Origin: Candidatus Saccharimonadota bacterium
GTDB lineage: Bacteria > Patescibacteriota > Gracilibacteria > UBA1369 > 2-02-FULL-48-14
NCBI GenBank assembly: GCA_016699145.1
Contig: CP064962.1
Location: 720,001-752,000 of the forward strand
DNA: 32,000 bases
Reading direction: 5' to 3'
The notes under the pieces were generated by a model. The model was not told the origin of the DNA, searched no databases, and saw only the letters and a list, made by a program, of their open reading frames with translations. Every line of letters begins with the position of its first letter. Position 1 is the stretch's first letter. Positions 1 to 8,241 of the stretch are shown here, piece by piece. A program made the translations under genes and the position numbers.

Positions 1-1113
1 TCCAAACAGCACATTCACCGGTTTTCGTTTTTTGAGGGACGGTTCTTTTTTGGGGGGCATTTTTACGCCATGCCTTCGCGCCGCATGTCGCACCACATAA
101 TAAAAAAGATCGCGATGACTGAACCCGATGCGTGAAGTTTGTTGGAACAAAAAGCTGTTTTGCTCCATGCCGCTGATGGGGTTGAAATCCGAGAACCAAA
201 TTTTTCCATCGGGCAAAAGCCAACCATCGAAACGAGCAAAATCGCGCATCCCCATGATCTTAAAAAGCTGCTCCGCTTGCACCTGAATGCGCTCAATATT
301 TTCGTTCGAAAAACGTGGCGGACAGTGGTAACGCACCTGCCTCGTGGGCAAATATTTTTTGCGGAAATCAAAGATTTGATTTTTCTCATAATCCGTCTCA
401 ATTTCCGTGGGCAAAATGGCAACCGGCATGTCGAAACGATTTTGCAAAACGATCACCGTAAACTCCGTGCCGATACAAAAGGGCTCCAAAACCACACGCG
501 TGTCCATGCGTCGACTGAAAAGCAATTTCACTTTTTCCAAAGCCTCAGCCGGGGAATTCACCGAATACACTCCAATGCTAGATCCCCCGCTCGCCGGTTT
601 CACCACGGCTCGCTGGACTTTATTTTCTTTGAAAAATCGGTCGATGATTTTTTTGTGATCATCCTGATGAATTTTCAAAACCGCACTGGGCGGGGCATAA
701 AATCCATGTGCTCGAATGAATGCGTTCGCCACATGCTTGTCCCAACGTTTACAAGCCTCGAGGTCAGCTCCAACATAAGGAATTTTAAACCGTTCCAAAA
801 GCCGCTGAATGCCTCCATCCTCGCCAAATTGTCCGTGCATCACGGGGAAAGCCAGCTCGCAAGTTTTGAGCAATTGTTTAAGTCCGGTTTGACTGAGCGC
901 CTTTGCGGTCTCACGCAATTTAAAATCAAAATCCGACGGCGTGTTGGAATAAAGTTGCGACGGAGACAAATGGTAGGGCCGTCTTTTATGGTCAAAATAA
1001 ATCGGGACAATTTCAATACCATCCCCTTCCAAGTGGTTCAAAACACTACGTGCCGAGTTGAGCGAAATGCCTCTCTCAAGCGAGGGTCCTCCACAAATGA
1101 GTGCAATTTTCAT
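1..1113 (-). CDS. ddl: D-alanine--D-alanine ligase; its 3' end runs off the window start
   Basis: This ORF is absent from the track because the frame is open to base 1. My minus-strand translation from the ATG at 1113-1111 gives MKIALICGGPSLERGISLNSARSVLNHLEG...FPVMHGQFGEDGGIQRLLERFKIPYVGADLEAC...VVKPASGGSSIGV...ARFDGWLLPDGKIWFSDFNPISGMEQNS, which is the ATP-grasp Ddl motif set. I checked codons 1-141 and found no stop. The 139-1128 + ORF is its antisense shadow. Confidence 0.85.
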   Translation of the reverse strand, partial: MKIALICGGPSLERGISLNSARSVLNHLEGDGIEIVPIYFDHKRRPYHLSPSQLYSNTPSDFDFKLRETAKALSQTGLKQLLKTCELAFPVMHGQFGEDGGIQRLLERFKIPYVGADLEACKRWDKHVANAFIRAHGFYAPPSAVLKIHQDDHKKIIDRFFKENKVQRAVVKPASGGSSIGVYSVNSPAEALEKVKLLFSRRMDTRVVLEPFCIGTEFTVIVLQNRFDMPVAILPTEIETDYEKNQIFDFRKKYLPTRQVRYHCPPRFSNENIERIQVQAEQLFKIMGMRDFARFDGWLLPDGKIWFSDFNPISGMEQNSFLFQQTSRIGFSHRDLFYYVVRHAARRHGVKMPPKKEPSLKKRKPVNVLFG

Positions 1114-1306
1114 GATTTTTTACATTAAAAATTTTCAAAAAACTACAGGAGAAATCAGCAGAAAACAAGCAGAAATCGCGTATGAATGGCACAATTTTTA
1201 CAAAAAAATCCCCACGATTCTTTACAAAGCCTTTTTGACCTACTTTGGTCCACCTCTTGAGCCGCCCAGCCCCTTCCCTTATACTGCCGCCAGCTTAAAC
1301 TTAAAA

Positions 1307-2746
1307 ATGCTCGTCGCAAAAAATCTCGGCTATGAAACTTCAGGGGGGCATCTCTTTGAGGGCCTAGACCTTTCGCTCGACGGAAATGCCAAAAAACGCG
1401 TGGCCATCGTGGGAAGAAATGGCTGTGGGAAATCCACCCTCCTCAAACTGCTGCTCGGCGAGCTCGAACCCAGCGATGGGAGTGTCAGTCGCTCCCAAGA
1501 AGTGGTGGCTTGCCTGCGCCAAGACATCCAATTCCCAGACATGAACGAAACCGTCGGCAAGTACCTCGAAAGTAAATTGGAAGAAGAGTGGATGAGCTAT
1601 CAAATCGACATCGCTTTCGACGAAGTCAGATTGCCTGAGGAACTTCGTGAGCAAACTCTCAGCAGCCTCAGCGGCGGCCAGCGTGTACGCGTCGCTATTG
1701 CCGAGCTCCTGCTGCAAGATCCCAGCATCCTGCTTTTGGACGAGCCCACCAACCACCTGGACCACACGACCATCACCTGGCTCATCGGATTCCTTCAAAA
1801 CTTCAAAGGCACCGTGGCTTTCGTTTCCCACGACCGCAGCTTCATCAACGCCGTCGCCAACCAAATCTGGGAAATCAGCGCGGAACAAAACATTGAAGTC
1901 TACACCGGCACTTACGAACAATTCCTCGTGCAACGCTACGAACGTTATGAAAAACGCCTTGCAGACCATGAATTCAGCCAGCGCGAAGTCACTGAATTGG
2001 AGGCATGGCTCGCCGAAAATGCCAACCATCCCAAATACAAATTCACCGCGACCGTGGCACAAAAAAAGAAGGCCCTGGAACGCATGGAAAAGAAGGCCCC
2101 TCCAGCGCCCGTGCCCGACCCTCGCGTGAAAATGAAGTCCGTGCTCACCGCCCAACCGGGTACCCTTTTAAACCTCAAGCTCAACTCCAAAAGCTACGAT
2201 GGCCGCGAACTGCTCAAAGGCCTCCAACTCAAAATCGAACAGGGCGAACGCATCCTCATTGAAGGCCCCAACGGCTCCGGAAAATCCACCCTACTCAACA
2301 TTTTAAGCGGCACAGACAAAGCCTTTGATGGTGAGCGAAAACTTCGCGAAGGCACCAAAATCGGACTGCTCGGTCAATTTTCTCGCCTTGATCCCGAAAA
2401 AACAGTGCTCGAAGAATTTGGCAACAACACGCGCATCGAATACTCAAACGGACGCAGCGTACTCGCCAACTTTCTTTTCCCAGCCGAACTCGTCGACTCC
2501 AAAATCAAAACCCTCAGCTACGGTCAACAGCGCCGCCTTGAATTCGCTATCCTGCTCACCAACAAACCCGACCTCCTGCTGCTCGATGAACCCACCAACC
2601 ACCTCGACATCTTCCTACGCGAAGACCTCGAACGCTTCCTTGCGGATCAAGAAATCGCCATGGTGATCATTTCACACGACAGCTACTTCATCGGTAAAAT
2701 TGGGGTCACGAAGAAAGTTGAGCTTCCCTCGACAGCTGGCCTCTAG
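1307..2746 (+). CDS. ABC-F family ATPase with tandem ABC domains and no membrane domain
   Basis: There are two Walker A motifs (GRNGCGKST, GPNGSGKST), two signature motifs (LSGGQRVR, LSYGQQRR) and two Walker B motifs (LLLDEPTNHLD). The track ORF starts at 1058, but the ABC domain begins at MLVAKNLGYE (in-frame ATG at 1307). The upstream part would also collide with the divergent ddl start. Confidence 0.85.
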   Translation: MLVAKNLGYETSGGHLFEGLDLSLDGNAKKRVAIVGRNGCGKSTLLKLLLGELEPSDGSVSRSQEVVACLRQDIQFPDMNETVGKYLESKLEEEWMSYQIDIAFDEVRLPEELREQTLSSLSGGQRVRVAIAELLLQDPSILLLDEPTNHLDHTTITWLIGFLQNFKGTVAFVSHDRSFINAVANQIWEISAEQNIEVYTGTYEQFLVQRYERYEKRLADHEFSQREVTELEAWLAENANHPKYKFTATVAQKKKALERMEKKAPPAPVPDPRVKMKSVLTAQPGTLLNLKLNSKSYDGRELLKGLQLKIEQGERILIEGPNGSGKSTLLNILSGTDKAFDGERKLREGTKIGLLGQFSRLDPEKTVLEEFGNNTRIEYSNGRSVLANFLFPAELVDSKIKTLSYGQQRRLEFAILLTNKPDLLLLDEPTNHLDIFLREDLERFLADQEIAMVIISHDSYFIGKIGVTKKVELPSTAGL

Positions 2747-2752
2747 GAGCTG

Positions 2753-3199
2753 TTAACATAAGACTTTGAGTAAAAGTGCCACAAGGCAGAGGGAGATAAA
2801 GGAGGCATACATCAGGTCTAATTTGTCATAGCGAGTTGAAATTCTTCTGTGATTTTTCATTCGGTGAAATAGGCGTTCAATCTCGTTGCGGTAGGCATAA
2901 ATGTTCTTGTTGTATTCCCACGGAAATTTCATTTTTGCCTTTGGAGGAACGACTGGAGTTATGCCTTTTTCTTTGCACAGCTCCAGAACTTTGTAGCATG
3001 AATAACCTTTGTCCATAGCCAAATGATCTACTGTTTTTGGAAACGAATAATCTCTCAAAATTTGTTTTCCAACTTTCACATCGCTCACTTCACCACCTGT
3101 TAAAACAAAGTGCATCCCATGATCTGGATCTCCAGCAATCATGTGAATTTTTGTAGTGTACCCACCTCTACTTCGGCCTAACGCTTGTGGCCCCTTTTT
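2753..3199 (-). CDS. IS5-family transposase, DDE catalytic part (orfB)
   Basis: This frame opens at the A6G4 run directly after a TGA. It reads KKGPQALGRSRGGYTTKIHMIAGD..., containing the conserved GRSRGGxTTKIH motif, and ends ...NEIERLFHRMKNHRRISTRYDKL. Joining it to orfA needs a +1 shift, or removal of 1 nt, at 3191-3200. The first ATG in this frame is at 3142. Confidence 0.8.
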   Translation of the reverse strand, partial: KKGPQALGRSRGGYTTKIHMIAGDPDHGMHFVLTGGEVSDVKVGKQILRDYSFPKTVDHLAMDKGYSCYKVLELCKEKGITPVVPPKAKMKFPWEYNKNIYAYRNEIERLFHRMKNHRRISTRYDKLDLMYASFISLCLVALLLKVLC

Positions 3200-3530
3200 T
3201 CATGGCTCCCGCTGCACTGTGGTGCGCTCTATTTGTTGTACTGTCCAGGAAAGCTATTCGCACTTGAAGTACATCTGCTACTTCAAGTGCTCTAAGCATT
3301 TGTCCAAAAAGTCCAGATTCGCTCCACCGTTTGTATCTTGTATAAATCGTGTGCCAGTCATTCTCTTTTTCTCTGTAATCGTAGGGCATTTGTCTCCATG
3401 CGCACCCTGTTTTAAGTACATAACAAATGGCATCCATGCAACGTTTCAGTGGAATCTTTTCAGGCTTTCTGGGCTTTGGAAAATAAGGCTGGATCAGTTT
3501 GAACTGTTCATCCGTTAGCATCTGGTACAT
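3168..3530 (-). CDS. IS5-family transposase, N-terminal part (orfA)
   Basis: The translation LTDEQFKLIQPYFPKPRKPEKIPLKRCMDAICYVLKTGCAWRQMP...WHTIYTRYKRWSESGLF is the typical N-terminal DNA-binding region of IS5/IS427-group transposases. Confidence 0.85.
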   Translation of the reverse strand: MYQMLTDEQFKLIQPYFPKPRKPEKIPLKRCMDAICYVLKTGCAWRQMPYDYREKENDWHTIYTRYKRWSESGLFGQMLRALEVADVLQVRIAFLDSTTNRAHHSAAGAMKKGATSVRPK

Positions 3531-3578
3531 GGCGTTAGGGTTAGAGTAACTTCACTCTACACCACTCCTCTATTTATG

Positions 3579-4022
3579 TTAACAGCTCCTAAAAGAAGAA
3601 ATCCACACTAAAGCATCATCGTCCTCCATAGCTTTTAAGGCTGCCTGAGGAGTGAGTGCGTCCCCTTTATTTTCAGGTAGATCCACCACAAAAGTTGGGT
3701 TTTTGTCCAACTCATTCAACATCAAATTTATAGTATGCCCTAGAGCAGCGAATGGATAAACAGCGGAGCCAAGAGCTTTGTCCTCCTCAGAGTTCACTAC
3801 CACGGCCTTCACTGAATCATCAAAATCCTCAGGAGCAATCAATCCTTCAAGAACAGAGAGGATTTTCTCTTTAATTTCGTGGAGTCCTTCTTGAGGAATG
3901 GGATGAAACAGTGAACCCTCTTCGCGCTGCTCCATCCAGCCATTCGTTTGAAGATGGTCAAAAAGTTCGGGCAGATGTCGGTCTTTCAAATCTTGCTTGG
4001 CAGCTTGGAAGAGGTCAGACAT
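3579..4022 (-). CDS. Hypothetical acidic protein (147 aa); its C-terminus was rewritten by the IS insertion
   Basis: It is a clean ORF with no motif I recognise. The last 3 codons (RSC) and the stop lie inside the IS right inverted repeat. Confidence 0.6.
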   Translation of the reverse strand: MSDLFQAAKQDLKDRHLPELFDHLQTNGWMEQREEGSLFHPIPQEGLHEIKEKILSVLEGLIAPEDFDDSVKAVVVNSEEDKALGSAVYPFAALGHTINLMLNELDKNPTFVVDLPENKGDALTPQAALKAMEDDDALVWISSFRSC

Positions 4023-4070
4023 ATAAGTAGAGTATTTTTAATTAAGCGAGAAGATTACAACAAAACCAAC

Positions 4071-4102
4071 ATTATATCAACCCAAAATTATATCAACCCA
4101 AA
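4071..4102 (-). promoter_or_regulatory. Perfect tandem 16-bp repeat; each copy carries a TATAAT -10 box upstream of the 3579-4022 gene
   Basis: ATTATATCAACCCAAA occurs at 4071-4086 and again at 4087-4102. On the minus strand this reads TTTGGGTTGATATAAT twice. The proximal TATAAT ends 48 nt upstream of the ATG at 4022. Confidence 0.4.
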
Positions 4103-4212
4103 TCCACATGAATCTTGAAACTTACTCTATGGCTTCAATAAGCCAATCTCCTGGATTTTAGTGATTCAAAAAGATAGCTCTTCATCAGCTCCTGTTTTTT
4201 ACAGGTTAAGAC

Positions 4213-4228
4213 TCCTCCCCGGGGAGGA
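4213..4228. repeat. Perfect 16-bp GC-rich palindrome TCCTCCCCGGGGAGGA, with a small CCTGT-N5-ACAGG hairpin just upstream
   Basis: I read it directly from the sequence. It lies about 75 nt downstream of the GIY-YIG gene on the minus strand. It could be a terminator stem, but no U-tract follows it. Confidence 0.5.
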
Positions 4229-4302
4229 TTTCCCAGATCAAGTCTTACAAAATCAAACGAACGACTTTCCTCACTCCTGAACTGAAACTGCGGTTTCAAG
4301 AT

Positions 4303-4551
4303 TCACGTAAGTCCCACCAAGCTCCTTTTCTCCTCCCTCGTCATCCGTTTGATCTCCGCCTCTCGTTTCCGCGCCGCGCTCAAATCTGCACACTCTTCTT
4401 TGTAAATCAATTCCACTGGCCGCCGCGATCGCGTGTACTTGGCCCCCGATTTCAAAGTATTGTGCGCGTGTAAACGCTGCTGCACATCTGCCGCAGTGCC
4501 GGTGTACAAGCTGCCGTCACAACACCGAAGCATGTAGACAAAGTGGCTCAT
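4303..4551 (-). CDS. GIY-YIG domain nuclease family protein (small stand-alone type)
   Basis: The translation FVYMLRCCDGSLYTGTAADVQQRLHAHN...GAKYTRSRRPVELIY...AARKREAEIKRMTREEK matches the GIY...YxG...R...E pattern. I prefer the start at 4551 (MSHFVY), which forms an ATGA overlap with the upstream ABC-F stop at 4548-4550. Confidence 0.8.
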   Translation of the reverse strand: MSHFVYMLRCCDGSLYTGTAADVQQRLHAHNTLKSGAKYTRSRRPVELIYKEECADLSAARKREAEIKRMTREEKRSLVGLT

Positions 4552-6011
4552 CTGTCCAGTTCCAGCGTATGATCGATGCGAATCTGCCATACAAATTCCG
4601 GAATATGCGACACCAAAATCATTGCGCCTTCGTACTTATCCAGCGCCTCAGCAATCACCGGCAAATGACGGAAATTGATGTGGTTCGTGGGCTCATCCAA
4701 AATCAAAAGCCCGGGCTCCATCAAAACCAAGCTCGTCAGTGCCACCAGGCCCTTCTGCCCCTCCGACAAAGTTCCAATCTTCGCATTGATCCACTCCTTG
4801 GTGATCAAAAATCCCGCCGCCGTCATACGCATTTTTTCTTCTTTGACTTCCTGACCCGATTTTTTCATGGCCTGCAAAAGTTCCTCACGCACCGTGTTTT
4901 CAAAATTCAAAGTGGAAAAATCTTGTCGATAGTAACCGATGCGCACTTCGGGCTTAATAAACGCGCCCTCCGCTTTTCCACTTGCGAGCGCCTCCAACAG
5001 CGTGCTTTTCCCAATTCCATTCGGCCCACTCAAAAGCAGATGCTCTTTTTTGCGGAGAGACATGTCCACTTTTAGGATCGTAGGTTGATGATGCTTGATG
5101 ACTTTCACAGACGTGAGCTTCATGAGTTCACCGGACAAATCCGCTTGCACAGGAATTTCAAAATCACGGATGGTCTTGTCTTCGCGGCGCACGTCCACCA
5201 TGGCCGCCTCCATTTCTTCGGCTTTGTCACGCATTTTCTTAGCCACCAAACGAAGTTTTCCCCCTTTATGAGCAAACGTATTGGCCTGCTCTTTGTTCTT
5301 CAAAATTCCCTTCGCCATTTGAGCGTTTTTCATGTTTTCCTTTTCACGTCGTGCCTCAATCGCCGCCACCGCATCATAATAATTTCCCACATATTGTTCG
5401 ACTTTGTGCGTGAATACATCCAAGTACAAAACCCCCTGAGTAAAGCTGTTCAAAAAGTCTGCATCATGTGAAATCACCATCACTGTTTTTCCGTAATTGA
5501 TAAGAAATTGAGTGAGATGCTCAATCCCCGCCGGATCCAAATTGTTCGTGGGCTCGTCGAGTAGCAAAAGGTCCGGGTCTTGGATCAAGGCAGCCGCGAG
5601 CAAAAGACGTGCTTGCTGACCGCCAGAAAACGACTTCACAATGCGATCGTGAGGCGCCTTCAAGTTCACCACTTCCAAAACTTGATCGATGTATTTGGGC
5701 AAATCATGCCGTTTTTCTTTAAACTGCTTTTGAAAAAATTCGAGCACCGTGAGTTCGCGGTCCCCCGGCTTCATCACCTGATGAGAAGTGGCCACGGTGA
5801 GCTTAGGCACCGTATTCACCACCCCACTTTTCGGCTTCAAACTCCGGTTGATGAGTTGGAAAATGGTGCTTTTACCGGCTCCATTTTGACCCATGAGCGT
5901 GATCTTGCTTCCCTGTCGTACATTGAAGTTCACACTGTCGAGCAGTGGCTTTTTGTCATCGTAGCCAAACGAAACGTTGTCGAAACTGAGTAGGGTTTCC
6001 GTGTGAGACAT
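4548..6011 (-). CDS. ABC-F family ATPase (second paralog in this window)
   Basis: Motifs present are GQNGAGKST, FSGGQQARLLLA and LLLDEPTNNLD. A charged inter-domain linker follows (ARREKENMKNAQMAKG...KKMRDKAEEMEAAM), then GPNGIGKST, LSEGQKG and LILDEPTNHIN. Confidence 0.85.
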   Translation of the reverse strand: MSHTETLLSFDNVSFGYDDKKPLLDSVNFNVRQGSKITLMGQNGAGKSTIFQLINRSLKPKSGVVNTVPKLTVATSHQVMKPGDRELTVLEFFQKQFKEKRHDLPKYIDQVLEVVNLKAPHDRIVKSFSGGQQARLLLAAALIQDPDLLLLDEPTNNLDPAGIEHLTQFLINYGKTVMVISHDADFLNSFTQGVLYLDVFTHKVEQYVGNYYDAVAAIEARREKENMKNAQMAKGILKNKEQANTFAHKGGKLRLVAKKMRDKAEEMEAAMVDVRREDKTIRDFEIPVQADLSGELMKLTSVKVIKHHQPTILKVDMSLRKKEHLLLSGPNGIGKSTLLEALASGKAEGAFIKPEVRIGYYRQDFSTLNFENTVREELLQAMKKSGQEVKEEKMRMTAAGFLITKEWINAKIGTLSEGQKGLVALTSLVLMEPGLLILDEPTNHINFRHLPVIAEALDKYEGAMILVSHIPEFVWQIRIDHTLELDR

Positions 6012-6069
6012 GCGGAACTTATACAGGATAAAGCCTCACTGTACCAGCCCAGGGACTTTGTCGGTTGAT

Positions 6070-6573
6070 TTACTCAACCTCATTTTCCTGACCCATGGGC
6101 GCCATGCTCATACAAAGATCCATCACGACTTGAATAGAGAAGGTGGGAGTCTCGGAAGACGTAGGCTGACAAACGACTTCGGTTTCTCCATTTTTGAATC
6201 CTGCAAGCACACCAAAAGTATCTGCGGTTTCATAGTAAACACCCGCTCCATAAGGCCCCACTTCTTCTTCCACAACAGTGTAAGAAAAGCCCCAAGTGTC
6301 CAGCACCTCTTTCACTCCCTCCACCGTTGCCAATTTTTCCATGTCAAAATCATATCCTTCATGAAGCTCCAAATCAGCGAGCGTACCGCCATCGGAGGAA
6401 ACACGATAAATCTCGAACCCTCCTTCGTTAACCATTTCAACCACAGCTCCTTCAGGCGCAAGAACAGAAATGCCCAAACCAGGGATTTCAAGGCTTACTT
6501 TTTGCATACATCCTGCAAAAATAAGGCAAGAAGAAAGCAGCAAAAGAACTTTTGACGAGAAGGATTTATTCAT
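6070..6573 (-). CDS. Hypothetical lipoprotein
   Basis: The N-terminus MNKSFSSKVLLLLSSCLIFAGC is a signal peptide with a lipobox (FAGC). Confidence 0.7.
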   Translation of the reverse strand: MNKSFSSKVLLLLSSCLIFAGCMQKVSLEIPGLGISVLAPEGAVVEMVNEGGFEIYRVSSDGGTLADLELHEGYDFDMEKLATVEGVKEVLDTWGFSYTVVEEEVGPYGAGVYYETADTFGVLAGFKNGETEVVCQPTSSETPTFSIQVVMDLCMSMAPMGQENEVE

Positions 6574-6653
6574 AAATAGGTTTAAAGACAGCCCATCCTA
6601 CAACGAACTGGACAAAAAGAGCAATGCTTTTTTGAGGATAGGCACCCTTGATT

Positions 6654-7259
6654 TTAAGCCTCCGCTCCCTGAGCTTGAGCCCTGCCATAGGCCTGCGCAA
6701 TGTGCGCAGCGGCATAGAAAGTTCCGAATTTGCCAAGCAAAAAGTGCACCAGCGCCTTTGTCGACTTGAGTTTTTTCTTTCTCATCTTTTCCGCAATTTC
6801 TTCGAAAAGTTTACCCATGGCGTCCTCATTTCCTTGAGGTTCAGCAATTTGAACCATGTCTGCCTGGACTTCCGGCGAACATGCAAAGTTGACACAAACA
6901 TCTCCAAAGGACCAGCCTGTTTTTAGAGTGACCAAGTGAGCCTCATGAGCAAAGCGATTTATCACTTCCACAATGTCAACGGCTCCGATCCTCATGCCTG
7001 GAAAAGTACGGTTGACGGCCTGCACTGCCTCAAACTGCAAACCCAACATGAAGTGTTGATTCGCCAACTCCATGACATGCCACGCTGCAAAAGCTTTTTT
7101 ATGAACCGCCGCGTCATGCAACTCCGAAGCAGTTAAGGTTTTATGGACTTTGCCTTTCGTTTCTTGCTGAGCAGCAAGGACTTCCATTTCAAACGTTTCC
7201 ACACTTTTTTGAGCAAGTTCAAACGCCTGGATGAGTTGGCCTTCTAAAGGATTTGTCAT
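6654..7259 (-). CDS. Hypothetical protein
   Basis: It is a long clean ORF. The track start at 7334 is a GTG only 5 nt from the divergent 7340 start. The ATG at 7259 (MTNPLEG) leaves an 80-bp divergent promoter region. Confidence 0.55.
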   Translation of the reverse strand: MTNPLEGQLIQAFELAQKSVETFEMEVLAAQQETKGKVHKTLTASELHDAAVHKKAFAAWHVMELANQHFMLGLQFEAVQAVNRTFPGMRIGAVDIVEVINRFAHEAHLVTLKTGWSFGDVCVNFACSPEVQADMVQIAEPQGNEDAMGKLFEEIAEKMRKKKLKSTKALVHFLLGKFGTFYAAAHIAQAYGRAQAQGAEA

Positions 7260-7339
7260 AAAGAAAAGGTTAATTCCTGCCTGGACTTTGCCCGTTGCAG
7301 CTTTTAAAGTAAATCTGGCGGCCAATTTCGCCACCTCAA

Positions 7340-8137
7340 ATGGAAAACCTAAAAAAGACCCTCGAAGACATCGGGCTCAATCACTTTGAAAGCACACTCT
7401 ACCTCCAACTTTTGCACAACGGTGAGCAAGCTGCTTCCGTCGTCAGTCGCGCCACCAAAATCCCCCGATCAACCACCCGCGGAGTACTGGATCGGCTTTG
7501 TGAGCGTGGCATCGTGAGCAAACTCATTAAGCGAGGCACCCAATTTTACCAATGCAAAGCTCCTTCTGCTTTGGTGGCATCGCTCAAAAGAGACGTTGTG
7601 GAAAAAACGCGCCTTATCGAAGAAATAAAAACAACCCTTCCCCTACTCAACTCTTTTTACGAACAGCGCAACATTGCTCCAAAAGTTCGTGTCTTTGAAG
7701 GGCGTGACCAAGTCATCGAAGCCTTCAATCTCAGTCTCTTCGACGATCGCACCAAGGAGTTACTCATTTTCACTTCTTACGAATTTTTACAAAACCCAAT
7801 CATTCGCAAAAACGACGACGATTTTTTCATCAAAAGACGCGTCAAAAAAGGCATCCCTGCCCGAGTGCTCGTAGGGCGCACCAAAGAATCTGAAAAAATC
7901 ACCGGCAACTGCCCTTCAGAACTGCGTGAAAGACGCCTGCTCCCCAAAAAGTTCCAGCTTCCCGGAAATCTTCACGTTTACGGAGACTGCGTGCTTTACT
8001 TCTCCACGGTCAACGACCGCTACCTCGCAGTGCTCGTCGAGGGCGCCATGATGGCAGAAACCCTCAAATCCCTCTTCGAATTCATGTGGGAGAGTTGTGA
8101 GCCTAAAAAACTTAGACGGCTCTACACGGTCTCTTAA
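7340..8137 (+). CDS. TrmB-like winged-helix transcriptional regulator
   Basis: The N-terminus LGLNHFESTLYLQLLHNGEQAASVVSRATKIPRSTTRGVLDRLCERGIVSK resembles the TrmB-type HTH, and a roughly 170-aa C-terminal domain follows. Confidence 0.7.
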   Translation: MENLKKTLEDIGLNHFESTLYLQLLHNGEQAASVVSRATKIPRSTTRGVLDRLCERGIVSKLIKRGTQFYQCKAPSALVASLKRDVVEKTRLIEEIKTTLPLLNSFYEQRNIAPKVRVFEGRDQVIEAFNLSLFDDRTKELLIFTSYEFLQNPIIRKNDDDFFIKRRVKKGIPARVLVGRTKESEKITGNCPSELRERRLLPKKFQLPGNLHVYGDCVLYFSTVNDRYLAVLVEGAMMAETLKSLFEFMWESCEPKKLRRLYTVS

Positions 8138-8241
8138 GCCTTCATCAATGTTTTTCCCATTGAGCTCGTACCGCTTACCAGATCTTCAAGATTAACGTCC
8201 ATGATGTCTAACTTCACAACTTCACCTTTACTAGAGGCTAT

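Larger units (their letters stand above)
2746..3589. mobile_element. IS5-family insertion sequence (IS427-like group), 844 bp
   Basis: A perfect 16-bp terminal inverted repeat is present: GGAGCTGTTAACATAA at 2746-2761 and its reverse complement at 3574-3589. TA flanks both ends (2744-2745 and 3590-3591) as a candidate target duplication. The element contains the two transposase ORFs listed next. Confidence 0.85.

Noticed and set aside
139-1128. A 329-aa + strand ORF, the longest track ORF in the first kilobase
   Set aside because: It is the antisense shadow of ddl. The minus strand, whose frame is open to base 1, carries a full Ddl motif set, while the + translation is low-complexity and shows no motifs.
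1235-1285. TTGACC and TATACT hexamers in the ddl/ABC-F divergent spacer
   Set aside because: They are 39 nt apart, which is far from the 16-18 nt spacing of a sigma-70-type promoter.
1364-2155. A 263-aa minus-strand ORF and several smaller ORFs inside 1307-2746
   Set aside because: They are antisense to a clear ABC-F gene. Their composition is typical of shadow frames.
4071-4102. Possible CRISPR-like repeats, considered here and for the GTGCAAAA cluster at 23414-23578
   Set aside because: The 16-bp units are directly adjacent with no spacers. The 8-mers are too short and irregularly spaced. No cas genes are present.
4569-5993. The + strand ORFs of 168, 128 and 137 aa
   Set aside because: They are antisense to the second ABC-F gene and have no motifs.
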